64,000 nucleotides of DNA from a virus (IMGVR_UViG_3300042975_000096); one strand, 5' to 3'. Counted from the first letter of the stretch, positions 29,701 through 39,582 are shown. Numbers and translations: made by a program. The notes: a model not told the origin generated them from the letters alone.

Positions 29701-29964
29701 ACGATATTGTCTTAAAAACTTAGCTAATTTAGCCATTGCATATGTCTTTAACTGAAAATCATTCAATGACAATTTAATATCTCTTACATTACCCAACTCT
29801 GAATTTCTTTCAGCTAATGTAACTTTACTATTAATAACCTTGTTATTAAATTCAATATCCATATTTCGTTTTACTGGTTGAGTAAATTCAATATCATTTA
29901 TCCATTGTATAGGTTTTACTTCAGGATTTGATGTGAACAATTTTCCATCTACTTCATTAGGCAT
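26701..29964 (-). CDS. 1087 aa protein with five ~190 aa repeats
   Basis: Recurrent S-x-x-YAS motifs (SNEYAS, STTYAS x2, STKYAS, SDKYAS), K-x-IIS and D-x-DTR/K. Confidence 0.75.
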   Translation of the reverse strand: MPNEVDGKLFTSNPEVKPIQWINDIEFTQPVKRNMDIEFNNKVINSKVTLAERNSELGNVRDIKLSLNDFQLKTYAMAKLAKFLRQYRYQAKAEAKNGKVKIAVNFENNPMDYTFEYEETDGNIVNKPLFKTCIADMVNEYPFSIAGVQDSIEDVKNIDLKKSTKVKKATFKYTVMTRYEILKRCNNRLELAKKLINKNIEEGNIVAVGSNEYASTYDLNYLFPDTKEKFAGEENHSLEFVANKVAKGSYENKSANRLALEASNILNKTFSVTQIVRASRDMDKLFVTAEIMHNNIRDTFNFDFSINKEKVSKLNYIEDNNCERYTVAQLMNQFGEEDKKVVAYLNGSDKQIAGGYVYSTKTIRNKLSHLISPKNIGLMLEGLENQKLASKLNSTTYASKFSLNELIKKLNVEFLSDEAIKQIKLAQAKFGQDDKFYSYETKDNDTRNKLAVKNVELKKNKVVEAVEKHFKNFDVKMLSSDKFVLSFKTNNGKQRNVSACIHDGAILCNVGGKDVSLQALSNMFSKSKLLMAYLNDNDIENDDLSKENKIIISKAMFNEKLRDYISKSQIDELISKLECDKKITKLNSTTYASKLSFDDLIRNCDYEVDSDIKTANLEKGNKVSYRALLRQYISDNDTRVEAFAQKKNLYKKVKSMLDSYITSYELKMLDNVNMTVSLKSNNSSKRNLMAKIKNDNIVFDVYGKEIPLNRLAKSFAQSDLLKSYVKENGEDRHGKVIISTSDFHNKLKDLIDCEKINELISKLEHEGKITKVSSTKYASEMNFEELIRHCDIKVNENLKKENMLKKSKVEDKKLEAEYVDDCDTRQTEKKITASEFKVQFLSGLPKNIKCISFNNVNIKDNYVTAEVTLYHKDYGVKNVIKQDFGYVREGRLNPELLINHFGKDIIDGLFNVSTATKTFNKFNDNKEYGKVIISKRNLINKLKNIINVDNIDEVISNFVDKKQLVQLSSDKYASEVGIEELINNSNMKAYDAETIDKNFRKSKINTEVVPKDYHVEDCDSKNIANIEDGKTNEQLKDIKASYIDELNVMEKDFKVTAKKKEMIIKKIEEATDYLSLDEIHKEITRYY

Positions 29965-29981
29965 TTGACATTCAGCTCCTT

Positions 29982-30323
29982 TTATGCCATTCTTCCATAA
30001 ATATTATTTATGGCTTCATCAACTGTGCTATAAAATCCACGATATTTTACGTCTGACCATTTCGGTTGTTTATACCCTGCCAATTGGCATCTAGCAGAAA
30101 TTACAACAAATACCTCATCGAGATTTTCATTATCTAAAACAATTTTCCAAACTTCATATACATCAATAATGTCTTTTATGTCAACAGCCGTATAAAAATC
30201 TTCTATATTACTTTTCGCTCTATTCTTTTGTTTCCTAATACTTCTAATAGGAACAGGAGGATTGGCAAACTTTTCTTTTAATAATGAACTAACATTATCG
30301 CTTGCATTATGGATTGCATCCAT
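29982..30323 (-). CDS. Hypothetical protein
   Basis: 113 aa ORF in operon. Confidence 0.6.
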   Translation of the reverse strand: MDAIHNASDNVSSLLKEKFANPPVPIRSIRKQKNRAKSNIEDFYTAVDIKDIIDVYEVWKIVLDNENLDEVFVVISARCQLAGYKQPKWSDVKYRGFYSTVDEAINNIYGRMA

Positions 30324-30367
30324 AACTTCACTTAAAGGAATATTTCCTATATTATCCTCTGCAAAAT

Positions 30368-31237
30368 TTAATCGTTTTTTTTTAGACTCGCATGAGCTAC
30401 AGGAACTTCAAACTGTTCTGGTTTTACACCATCAAAACCGCGCATATCTGAAATATAATCCCAACCATTAGTTCCACCTTCATAAGGAGCATCATATGGG
30501 TCTTGATTTTCACACAACATTTTTTCCATATTGGTCAAACCTTCATTGCTAATGCCAAAATCCTGATAATGTTCTGGAGCTACATCCTCAATTTTATTAT
30601 TCATTAAATCTGTCGTTAATTCTACTGCATAATCCTGTGGGAAAATCTCCTGATAATAATCTAATAGATTAGAAACCCTTGCTTCTGAAAGATTGCTACC
30701 CATTTCTTCAATATCATCGATTTCACCAAAACACAATTTCAAAGCTTCACTATTGCCAAATGCTTTTTTTGCTACTGCTAATTTAGTTTTAAGGTTTGCC
30801 TTTGTTGCTAAACGCATAATATTCTTTAATCTCTTAGCATAAAAAGCTCTATCATCCGTAAGAACAGGATAAACAGTATATCCTTTTTCTTTAATTTGTT
30901 CAGCAATTGCTTTTTTCAAATTGTTATTATAACGCAATGTGAAACCTTCATAAAAATCCTGAAGAGAACCATCAATACCATTCCATAATGTAAGAATGTA
31001 ATCGGCTAAAAACTCTGGATGATAGTGCATATTGATTACTTCTTGAGCAGCAGTTTTTTTATTTGATTTATGCAATTTAGACCATTGCTGAAATGCATAT
31101 GGCTCTAACTGATATCCTTTCAAATAATCATTCATACATGGGTCTGCCAATTCATCTCCATCGTCACGCCAATTCAAATCCAAATCATAATCATATTCTT
31201 TTGGTTTTTGTGTCATTCTTTTCATCTCTTGTGACAT
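30368..31237 (-). CDS. Hypothetical head-module protein
   Basis: 289 aa; internal KKTAA, KRL, KKAF sites. Confidence 0.65.
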   Translation of the reverse strand: MSQEMKRMTQKPKEYDYDLDLNWRDDGDELADPCMNDYLKGYQLEPYAFQQWSKLHKSNKKTAAQEVINMHYHPEFLADYILTLWNGIDGSLQDFYEGFTLRYNNNLKKAIAEQIKEKGYTVYPVLTDDRAFYAKRLKNIMRLATKANLKTKLAVAKKAFGNSEALKLCFGEIDDIEEMGSNLSEARVSNLLDYYQEIFPQDYAVELTTDLMNNKIEDVAPEHYQDFGISNEGLTNMEKMLCENQDPYDAPYEGGTNGWDYISDMRGFDGVKPEQFEVPVAHASLKKND

Positions 31238-31914
31238 TAGCGATTTCCCCCTTTTTCTGTCGTTTCAGATTTTGCAATAGATAATACAATGTTTTTTGAA
31301 GCATTGTTAAAACCATTCATAATTAATTTTTCTCTAATCTCGGAAACCAAATTATCAGTTACAACACATTTTCCTTCTTTTAATGTTGCAATAATTTTCT
31401 TATCCAATTTCTCCAACAAAACCTTGTATTTACCACTATTATTTATTGTATTTGATACCGTATCTTTTTGTTCATTTGAAGAAGCTTTTTTTGTTCTGAC
31501 TACATCATTTTCGTCATCACCATTAATTTCTTTCACTAAATATTGCTGTCCATCTTCATAGGTTTTCAATGTCCAAATAGAACCTTCATCAAACCCATAA
31601 TCATACACACCTGCAATCGACGTTTTATTATATGCTTGATATTTATTGTTTCCTAGATTTTTAAAATCTTTCAAAATTTTTTCGTCTGCTTTAAACTTCG
31701 GTACTTCTGGAGAATAATACACATTAAAATATTCTCCTGTTTTTTCATAGCTTGCCTGATACCCATTCACGTTCAAATCGTTCTTTACTTTTTTTGCTTC
31801 TGGTTCAGAATTTACTACAGAAAACAATTTTTTGTTTTGTTTTTTTAAATTTTTAGCGATTCGTGTAAACGTTTCATTGTCAAAAATTTCATCTGATATT
31901 CGTTTAATCACCAT
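31237..31914 (-). CDS. Hypothetical head-module protein
   Basis: 225 aa; starts MVIKRIS; GSIW..YLVK motif. Confidence 0.65.
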   Translation of the reverse strand: MVIKRISDEIFDNETFTRIAKNLKKQNKKLFSVVNSEPEAKKVKNDLNVNGYQASYEKTGEYFNVYYSPEVPKFKADEKILKDFKNLGNNKYQAYNKTSIAGVYDYGFDEGSIWTLKTYEDGQQYLVKEINGDDENDVVRTKKASSNEQKDTVSNTINNSGKYKVLLEKLDKKIIATLKEGKCVVTDNLVSEIREKLIMNGFNNASKNIVLSIAKSETTEKGGNR

Positions 31915-32059
31915 TATTTCACTCCCATTAAAATTTTAGTAAATCCTGAAATCAACTTACATTTTTTGCCCTTGCAATCGACAAAAAATCATACATCTAT
32001 TCAGAATATCGTCTAATTACAAAATATCATAATTATTGGTTAATATTACTTTTGTTCAT

Positions 32060-32096
32060 AAAAATGACCCTCAATTCCATTTTTGAGGGTCATTTT
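32060..32096. terminator. Intrinsic terminator after sigma factor
   Basis: AAAATGACCCTCAA/TTGAGGGTCATTTT. Confidence 0.75.
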
Positions 32097-32106
32097 ATCC
32101 TTTATA

Positions 32107-32769
32107 TTATTGATTGTCATTTTTTGACAATTTATCAAACAAATATTGCTTTAATTCTTCAATATGCATCTCTCGTTTTTCTTCATCAGAATGACTTTCG
32201 TCCAATGCCATATATAAATCCCTTAATGCTTTTTTCTTAATAACCGAAACTCTACTTTGACTGATATTTAATTTCTTACCAATTTCTTGCTGTTTAAATC
32301 CTTGTAAAGTTAATTTAACAACATCACATTGCCTATCTTTCAATAATGAATAAACATATTCTAGATACATTTCACTATCCACTTCTTTTGTATCATCTAC
32401 TGTTTGATTCTGCAATAAATATTCACAGTATTCTGATGGCTTTTCTCTTTTTCCTTTAAAGTAATATCTTTGAATATAAGCTCTTAATTTCGTAATAAGA
32501 TTCTTAAATAAATATCTATCAAACGGATAAAAATGTCCATTATGATACGGGTCATATTGGTCACATAAGGTTGAATAATAAATATATGCCTGTTGCAACA
32601 AATCATCTTTAGAAAAGTTTTTCCACCATCCTAGCCAACCAACCAATTTATTTATTTTTGCTTCATAGTAAAACCAAACCTCATTTTTATTTGTTTTTAC
32701 TAATTCATACAACGGTTCAAATGGGGCAACTGCATCGAAATCCTCTTTTGGAACTCTAGTATCTAACAA
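32107..32769 (-). CDS. Phage RNA polymerase sigma factor (sigma70 family)
   Basis: Region 2-like DDLLQQAYI..YDP..F..YL; region 4 HTH QQEIGKKLNISQSRVSVIKKKAL. Confidence 0.75.
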   Translation of the reverse strand: MLDTRVPKEDFDAVAPFEPLYELVKTNKNEVWFYYEAKINKLVGWLGWWKNFSKDDLLQQAYIYYSTLCDQYDPYHNGHFYPFDRYLFKNLITKLRAYIQRYYFKGKREKPSEYCEYLLQNQTVDDTKEVDSEMYLEYVYSLLKDRQCDVVKLTLQGFKQQEIGKKLNISQSRVSVIKKKALRDLYMALDESHSDEEKREMHIEELKQYLFDKLSKNDNQ

Positions 32770-32789
32770 ATTATTTCACTCTCCTGAAA

Positions 32790-34019
32790 TCAAGCTTGTT
32801 CAACTACAACAAACCCAATCTTATTAATAACATTACTATCAATAAATGTCTGTAAATCATTTTTTGTAATACTTTGCAATGTTTTTAAATTCTTTTTATT
32901 GTCATATGGCATTTCATTAATAATTTGATTAATTTTATCCATATTATTATCTTCACAAAATATCTCTGCTTTTTTGAAATCAGACAATGTTCCAATCATA
33001 TTCGATTCGAATTCATTGTTAGTAATTCCTTCTTCTTTTACCTTGTTAAAATTCTCAATAATCAATTCTTTCGTTTTTTCAATATTATCTATATTTAATC
33101 CAACATAACAATACATAAGCGCAACATCATTAGGATAATAAATATAACTACATCCCAATGTATAAGCATAGCCATATTTTTCTCTTATTTCCATCAATCT
33201 TGAACCAAATCCATCGCCCATAATATCACAAAACATTTGTGCCATAAAATCGTCTTTCTCATTATCAATTTTTATTGGCAAATAAGCTACTAAATGAGAT
33301 TGTGAACCAACCAAACTTTGTGTAGCATTTGCAATCTTTATTTCTTTAGTATCAACCCTATAATTAACGGAAGAATTTTTAAATTCATAATCTTGCAAAT
33401 ATTCTTTCATGAACTTAACTACTTTTTCATGATTGATGTTACCAGTAATTACAATTTTAATATTTTTAGGAATAAAATAGTTTTCAATATATTCTGAAAC
33501 ATCTTCTCTTGTGATTTCACTAACTGTTTCAGGTGTACCGCCATTATTCCATCTATTTTCAATATCAGGAAAAATTGTTTTTGTCAATAAATCCAAAACA
33601 ACATGTTTTCCCTCATCTGAATACATTTTCAATTCTTCAACAACAACTGATTTTTCCAAATCAAATTCTTCTTCTGGTAATGTATTATTCCAAACAATAT
33701 CGGATAATACATCTAAAGCTTCTTCCCAATATTCTTTTAAAATTGTACAATAAAAAGCCGTGTGATTTTCTGCGGTATAAGCATTCATTGAACCACCAAA
33801 TTTTGAAACATCTTCCCAAATTTGGTCTTTATCACGATTAGCCGTTCCCTTAAATACCATATGCTCTGTCAAATGTGCAATACCTAATTTATCATCAGGT
33901 TCATCCATTGAACCTTTATCAATCATATATGCTATATTAACAAAATCTTCATTTCGCTTATCTGTAATTATTTCAAGACCATTATTCAATGTCGTACTTT
34001 TCATAATTTGCCCCCTCAA
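32790..34019 (-). CDS. M16 family zinc peptidase (pitrilysin/MPP-like, M16B size)
   Basis: GIAHLTEHMVFKGT (inverted HxxEH), NAYT, EKSVVVEE, SRL..IREKYGYAY. Confidence 0.92.
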   Translation of the reverse strand: MRGQIMKSTTLNNGLEIITDKRNEDFVNIAYMIDKGSMDEPDDKLGIAHLTEHMVFKGTANRDKDQIWEDVSKFGGSMNAYTAENHTAFYCTILKEYWEEALDVLSDIVWNNTLPEEEFDLEKSVVVEELKMYSDEGKHVVLDLLTKTIFPDIENRWNNGGTPETVSEITREDVSEYIENYFIPKNIKIVITGNINHEKVVKFMKEYLQDYEFKNSSVNYRVDTKEIKIANATQSLVGSQSHLVAYLPIKIDNEKDDFMAQMFCDIMGDGFGSRLMEIREKYGYAYTLGCSYIYYPNDVALMYCYVGLNIDNIEKTKELIIENFNKVKEEGITNNEFESNMIGTLSDFKKAEIFCEDNNMDKINQIINEMPYDNKKNLKTLQSITKNDLQTFIDSNVINKIGFVVVEQA

Positions 34020-34080
34020 TTCTTTTTTTATAATTTTATTATATTTATAACAAATTAAAATATTATATTATATTTGATAA

Positions 34081-35163
34081 TTATTTTTCAAAATCACTTA
34101 TAAATATTCCATTCGCAACATAATTATCTACATTTATTGTGTATGTTTTTTCATATCCACTATTATTTACTTCTATCACTTTTTCAAATCTTATATCCGT
34201 ATCTCGTATATCATCTTGTATTTTGCTATCATGATTTTTCAATACTTCATTTGATTTGTTTAATACTGACTGCTTATCTTCTACAATTGATTTCACCTTT
34301 TTAGACAAAAAAGTAAAATTCTCTTTTCCCCTAATCCAAACTATCCATAATGGATTTCTCAATCTACCGCTATCCTGTTTTCGTTTGCTCGTTCCTTGTC
34401 TTAATTCTATTTTGGAATGAACACCTATCTTTAAAAATGCAAATTGAAGTTCATTTGCCAAATCTTCTCCATTACATGTGAAATACATAACTGGTTTTCT
34501 CCCATCCTCAACATATGTATTTGCATCAGAATCAATAATTCCACCTAATAATTCACATAAACTATTTTCATTTAATTTATCCCAATCCTTTGGCAATGTC
34601 TTTTTTTCTTTTGATTGTTTATTGATTCCACTAGAAGATAATTTGTTTTCTATATCAACTAAGCTAATGATTTTACGTTTATTTCCTTTTTCATCTTCTT
34701 CATTTCTTATAATATTTGTTTTTATACCCTGTGATTCAATATATGATATTATTTTATCATCACATGATGATAATCTTATATTTGATGTTTCATAATCTCC
34801 TGCACCAATCATAATACCAATCAATCGTGCTTTAGATAATGTATTTTTTCCAAAGAAAGGCAATTCCTGAACAACGCCAATATTATCTCCCTTTTTTATG
34901 TTTTTTAATTGCTCCCATTTGGGAATTCTTGTACTTCTAGGTTTAACAATTACTTTTGTGGTTTCATTACCCTCACAAAACAATTGAGAGTCTAATACCA
35001 ATTTAATGGTATTAGACTCCGTTTCTTTTGTTGTCCCGTTTTGTTCTATCAATTGTTGTGTGTTATCAAAATCTATAGATATAACTTTACCTTCTGATAT
35101 TGATTTAATTGGTTTTAATTCTCCATTATATAATTGTATATTCGAATCTCCAATTACACCCAT
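34081..35163 (-). CDS. Free-standing intein-derived LAGLIDADG protein lacking splicing residues
   Basis: Hint N-block (M)GVIGDSNIQLYNGELKPIKSI, LIGIMIGAGD and LLGGIIDSDAN motifs, Hint C-block YVANGIFISD (HN replaced); own AGGAG SD. Confidence 0.75.
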   Translation of the reverse strand: MGVIGDSNIQLYNGELKPIKSISEGKVISIDFDNTQQLIEQNGTTKETESNTIKLVLDSQLFCEGNETTKVIVKPRSTRIPKWEQLKNIKKGDNIGVVQELPFFGKNTLSKARLIGIMIGAGDYETSNIRLSSCDDKIISYIESQGIKTNIIRNEEDEKGNKRKIISLVDIENKLSSSGINKQSKEKKTLPKDWDKLNENSLCELLGGIIDSDANTYVEDGRKPVMYFTCNGEDLANELQFAFLKIGVHSKIELRQGTSKRKQDSGRLRNPLWIVWIRGKENFTFLSKKVKSIVEDKQSVLNKSNEVLKNHDSKIQDDIRDTDIRFEKVIEVNNSGYEKTYTINVDNYVANGIFISDFEK

Positions 35164-35174
35164 TTTATTATCTC

Positions 35175-37259
35175 CTATATATTCTTGCATATGACGGTTT
35201 TCGGCATGTGTCCACGTCTACCACTTAATGCTGCAAAATTAGCCAATACATCCGCATCACAACAGTCATCATGATAACCTGCCGGTGCTTCAATTTTTTT
35301 ATTAACAGAAAAGCCAACTGTGAATTCCAAATCAGCCCATTCAGAAATCATTCTATGATAAAAACTTACATTATTTTTACCAGCACCTGGACCTTCTGAA
35401 CGCTCAAAATTCTCTTTTGTCATATATTTGAATTTATCATTTTCTAATTCTTGTCTCCATTTTGCATACATAATATTTTTCATATTCATACCACTATTAG
35501 TAAACCTATCGCGAGAATTAAAAATAATACCTTCCATATTCTGTATCCCATATTCCTCTTGCAATGTTTGAACTACTGCTGCTCCGCATCCTGTATAATC
35601 CGCAAATATTCTTCTCGTTTCAAATATTGGATGTGGGCCACCAAATAAATGGGAAATACAATACATTTGCTCTGGATAACTAGTATCCTTAAACTCCTTA
35701 CAAAATACTTTTTGTTTTACGCCATCTCTAGTTATTCTTAAAACAGTAATGTGCGTACTATCTCCCTCTGGATTACTTCCTGCAAAGTCGATTCCTGCCA
35801 CATAATTTTCACCAATTTTACCATGTTCCAACCATTCAAATTCGCCATCTGTTAATTTTTCGATGTGCTTACTATTCAAATATTTACCTGCACCATCTAT
35901 GAATTCCAACATATACTGAGTTCTAAAATCTTCTATATCCAAGTTTCCGTCTGTCCATACTTCAGGATTATTCGGGAACATTTCTTGTTTTAATGATTTT
36001 GGCATTGCCTGTTCTACAATGAACTTTGAATATGGTCTAACAATACCTGTATTAGGGTCAGGTAAATAAATTGCACCTAATGCCCATGATTGCGCACATT
36101 GTGTCCAATCTCTTTTTACAACTGTCCATTTTTCATGTGCTTTTCCCTCTACCGCATCATAAAAATGGTTTCTCGTTTTTGGCGTTCCTATTTTGATAAG
36201 CTTCGCATTTGTAGCACCGCCCATTGGAACTATACGCTCTGACCATGTATAATCAGATACCTTCTGTGCCTCATCTAAGCATATAATATCAAATGTCAAA
36301 CCTTCGATGTTTGACTGGTCACTTGCTGATACTGCTGCAACATAAGAACCATTATCCAACATAACTTTATCTTTTGTCAATTTCACTATTTTATGATTTA
36401 ACTTATCTTCATTCATTTGACAAAATGTACTTAATCGTCCAATACTAACCTCTGCCTGTTGTTGTCTAGGTGTAAAAATACCAACTCGCATTTGCGGAAA
36501 ATTATCTATTAAATATCCACTAAAACAAGCGATGCTTTCTGTATTATGCGTTACTGTGTAATCGCCTAATAAAAATAAATGGTCTTTACTATCAATAGTA
36601 AATCCATAATAGTTTCCTATTCCTTTATCTATCAATTTTATTTCATAAGATTCTCTTTTTTGAAAATCTCTAGACATTCTATATCCATATAATTTTTTAT
36701 TTGATTTAATATAATCTTCAACATTTATATTAATAACATTATTATTCTCATCTAATAATGATAGTATGTGGGATTTATTTACAGTATAACTTCCATTAAG
36801 ACTGTTTACTTCATACATACGTTCTGTTCCACGACCTAAAGAAGTAACAAGCACTCCTTCACCTTTTGGAGACATTACATAATTTCCAACCTCAACATCC
36901 TCGACATTTTTTGTTTTGCCATTTGCCATAAGAATTTTTGTTCCTTTTGCAAAACATTTTCCTGCCTGTCTAGACATCATTCCTGCAACCTGTTTCAATT
37001 TTGGATGACATACCGCACGTATTAATGCTGTTTGATTTTCATGTAATAACCTTCTGCTTTCAGGCAAATGTGCTCTTAAAACATTTTCACAATACTCTAT
37101 TGGGTCTAACCTGTTCAAAAACTGATGAAACATAAAATCTTGTAATGGTTGTCCATTTATCATATTTTCCTGTGACGTTGCAACAATATCATTTTTAATT
37201 AAATCGACATTGCTTTTTATACCTGCTGTTATTGCTTTTGTTAAGTCTTGTGAACTCAT
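35175..37259 (-). CDS. terL: Terminase large subunit containing a mini-intein
   Basis: Walker A MSRQAGK/T split by intein, Walker B ICLDEAQ, coupling motif IGTP, nuclease GIDFAG and HDDCCD. Confidence 0.92.
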   Translation of the reverse strand: MSSQDLTKAITAGIKSNVDLIKNDIVATSQENMINGQPLQDFMFHQFLNRLDPIEYCENVLRAHLPESRRLLHENQTALIRAVCHPKLKQVAGMMSRQAGKCFAKGTKILMANGKTKNVEDVEVGNYVMSPKGEGVLVTSLGRGTERMYEVNSLNGSYTVNKSHILSLLDENNNVININVEDYIKSNKKLYGYRMSRDFQKRESYEIKLIDKGIGNYYGFTIDSKDHLFLLGDYTVTHNTESIACFSGYLIDNFPQMRVGIFTPRQQQAEVSIGRLSTFCQMNEDKLNHKIVKLTKDKVMLDNGSYVAAVSASDQSNIEGLTFDIICLDEAQKVSDYTWSERIVPMGGATNAKLIKIGTPKTRNHFYDAVEGKAHEKWTVVKRDWTQCAQSWALGAIYLPDPNTGIVRPYSKFIVEQAMPKSLKQEMFPNNPEVWTDGNLDIEDFRTQYMLEFIDGAGKYLNSKHIEKLTDGEFEWLEHGKIGENYVAGIDFAGSNPEGDSTHITVLRITRDGVKQKVFCKEFKDTSYPEQMYCISHLFGGPHPIFETRRIFADYTGCGAAVVQTLQEEYGIQNMEGIIFNSRDRFTNSGMNMKNIMYAKWRQELENDKFKYMTKENFERSEGPGAGKNNVSFYHRMISEWADLEFTVGFSVNKKIEAPAGYHDDCCDADVLANFAALSGRRGHMPKTVICKNI
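36543..36956 (-). mobile_element. Mini-intein (138 aa, no endonuclease) in terminase P-loop
   Basis: Begins CFAKGTKILMANG, block B YTVNKSH, ends YYGF..TVTHN followed by Thr+1. Confidence 0.9.
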
Positions 37260-37960
37260 TTACACATTTTTCCTTTCCGTCTTGCTACTCGTTTTACTTC
37301 TTTGTTTTGCCAATCATAATCATACACTTTTTTAATATCACTTTTTTTCTTTCTTAAAGCGTTTATCACTTCTTCTTGATTACAATTTTCCAACGTTTCA
37401 ATAAAACATATTCCTTGCGCAACTTGACCAAATGCTAATTTTTCATTTCCCGTAAAATCATTTCCTGTTTCTTCCATATATTTATTCAATAATTGAGAAT
37501 GTGTATCTGTTCCCTTATTTCCTAAAATAATACTTCCATTAACATATACAAATGGATAATCTCTACCTGTATATTCAATGTCAAAATCCCTATTAATTTC
37601 CGTTTCTTCTCCAACTACATCCTTTTTATTTAACAATTCTTTTGGATTAGATATACCGAAAGATTCAAAAAACTTCTTATACTTATTTAATATTTTATTA
37701 CAATATGTGCTATTAATAAATTCTTCTGCTAATTCTTTACAAGATGATTCACTTAAATTATTTGATTGGGCAAACCCAGATAGATTTATCAATTGTTCAA
37801 AATTATTTTTACAATATTCTGTTTTTTCATCACTGGTTTTTCCTAACAATTCTTCTACAAAATTCGTATATTTGCTATCTGAAAAAGATTCATTGTTTAA
37901 ATAATTATATAATGAATTAACCATATTTGGATTTGCAACCAACCGTTTCATTATTACCAT
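37256..37960 (-). CDS. Paralogue family protein (one domain copy), MKRLVA leader
   Basis: FDIE..RDYPFVYVNG..THSQL..FGQV..FIETLENC..VYDYD..VKRVA. Confidence 0.75.
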   Translation of the reverse strand: MVIMKRLVANPNMVNSLYNYLNNESFSDSKYTNFVEELLGKTSDEKTEYCKNNFEQLINLSGFAQSNNLSESSCKELAEEFINSTYCNKILNKYKKFFESFGISNPKELLNKKDVVGEETEINRDFDIEYTGRDYPFVYVNGSIILGNKGTDTHSQLLNKYMEETGNDFTGNEKLAFGQVAQGICFIETLENCNQEEVINALRKKKSDIKKVYDYDWQNKEVKRVARRKGKMCK

Positions 37961-39582
37961 CTCTTCTTTGCTAATCGTTTTACTTGTGACTTGCTAAATT
38001 GATAATCATATATTTTTACTAATTTATTATCGGCTTCTTTTAATGCTTTTACTACATCATCTAATGCACAATTTTCTGTCGTTTGTATAAATGCCATATT
38101 ATTTACAATGTGACCAAAAGAACACGGCTCATTTCCTTCCAATTCTTTTACCTGCTTAATCGTTCTTACACGTTCATTACCATAATCTTTTGTTTTGAAA
38201 TAACGATTCAATAAGCTTGTATGTGTATCTCCACTATTATAACCAAATACTACGTCTCCGTTAATATATAAATATGGATAATCTCTATTGTGTCCATCTA
38301 CACTGAATTTACTTGTCGTTTTAGTTGTTTCCCCTACTTCATCATCACTATTTAATAAATCTTCTGCATTATTTATCTCGCTAGTATCATCACTATTATT
38401 ATTTTTTTCTTCTAAACCAATAGCATTTTCTATTTTAGAAACAACTTTAGCAAATTGAGGATTCGTTTTATTGTTTTCCACAAAACCTTTTATGGAATTA
38501 TCAAAATTAGCTCCACAAGAATATTTATCATCTAAATTCAAGTTAGATAATATTAGATTTCCTAATCCACCATTTTTTATCATCTTATTAAATATTGCAT
38601 ATATATCTACAATGGTTAATCCATCATTTTTATCGTAAATGCTTTTTAATTCTTCTGCGTTTCCCATTCCTTCAAAAGCCATATCAATATTTTCCGCTAT
38701 GGTTTCAATTACTGAATCACTACAATTTTCTTTTTGAATTAAATCATTAATATTATTCAATTCTTCTTTTGCCAATCTTTTTAATGATGGCACTTCAAAA
38801 TCATAATCATATATTTTTTTGTAATTTCCTTTTTTCTTTAATGCGTTAACAACCTCTGATTCATCACAATTTTCTAATGTTTGAATAAATGCTATACCAT
38901 CCATAATGTGACCAAATGCTATTGGTTCTCCAGCTTCCAAATCATCAACTGAATCTACAGAACGAATACGTTTTCTAGGAACATTTTCATTTTTGAAATA
39001 TTTATTAATCAAATCACTGTGCGTTTCATTTTTATTTCCTACAATTATTCCCCCACGCATATACAAAAATGCACTATCTCTATTTCCTAAATCTATATCA
39101 AAATCCTTTGAACAAGATATGGTATCTCCTACTTTATCATCATTATCTGATAATTCTTTTACATCAGAAATACCCTCTGCTTCTGAATTGTTATGTAAAT
39201 ACATAGAATACGTTACTTTTAAATCGGCTTCTAATTTTTTCTTTACATCCGCATTTTTATTAATTACTGTATCAATAATATCAATTACATCAAAACTTTG
39301 GTCTTCTGCTTCATTTGCTAGATTTTCATCATCATTAAATTTAGCTACTGCCATTAAATCATACATGAAATTATCCTTGAATTCAAAATCATCCGATGCA
39401 AAATCAATCATATCCTCTACAGTAATTGATTTTGCATCTTTTTCTTCTGCCAAATCTGAAAATATATCAGAGTCTTGTAATTCACGACCAATTGTTTCTT
39501 CTACTGCATTTTTCATTTCTTCAGGCGTAAAATATTTTAATGCTTTTTCATATCCTAAATCTTCACCTGCTAATCGTTTCAT
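37954..39582 (-). CDS. Paralogue family protein (two domain copies), MKRLA leader
   Basis: Two copies of the same domain, each ending YDY..KRLAK. Confidence 0.78.
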   Translation of the reverse strand: MKRLAGEDLGYEKALKYFTPEEMKNAVEETIGRELQDSDIFSDLAEEKDAKSITVEDMIDFASDDFEFKDNFMYDLMAVAKFNDDENLANEAEDQSFDVIDIIDTVINKNADVKKKLEADLKVTYSMYLHNNSEAEGISDVKELSDNDDKVGDTISCSKDFDIDLGNRDSAFLYMRGGIIVGNKNETHSDLINKYFKNENVPRKRIRSVDSVDDLEAGEPIAFGHIMDGIAFIQTLENCDESEVVNALKKKGNYKKIYDYDFEVPSLKRLAKEELNNINDLIQKENCSDSVIETIAENIDMAFEGMGNAEELKSIYDKNDGLTIVDIYAIFNKMIKNGGLGNLILSNLNLDDKYSCGANFDNSIKGFVENNKTNPQFAKVVSKIENAIGLEEKNNNSDDTSEINNAEDLLNSDDEVGETTKTTSKFSVDGHNRDYPYLYINGDVVFGYNSGDTHTSLLNRYFKTKDYGNERVRTIKQVKELEGNEPCSFGHIVNNMAFIQTTENCALDDVVKALKEADNKLVKIYDYQFSKSQVKRLAKKRW

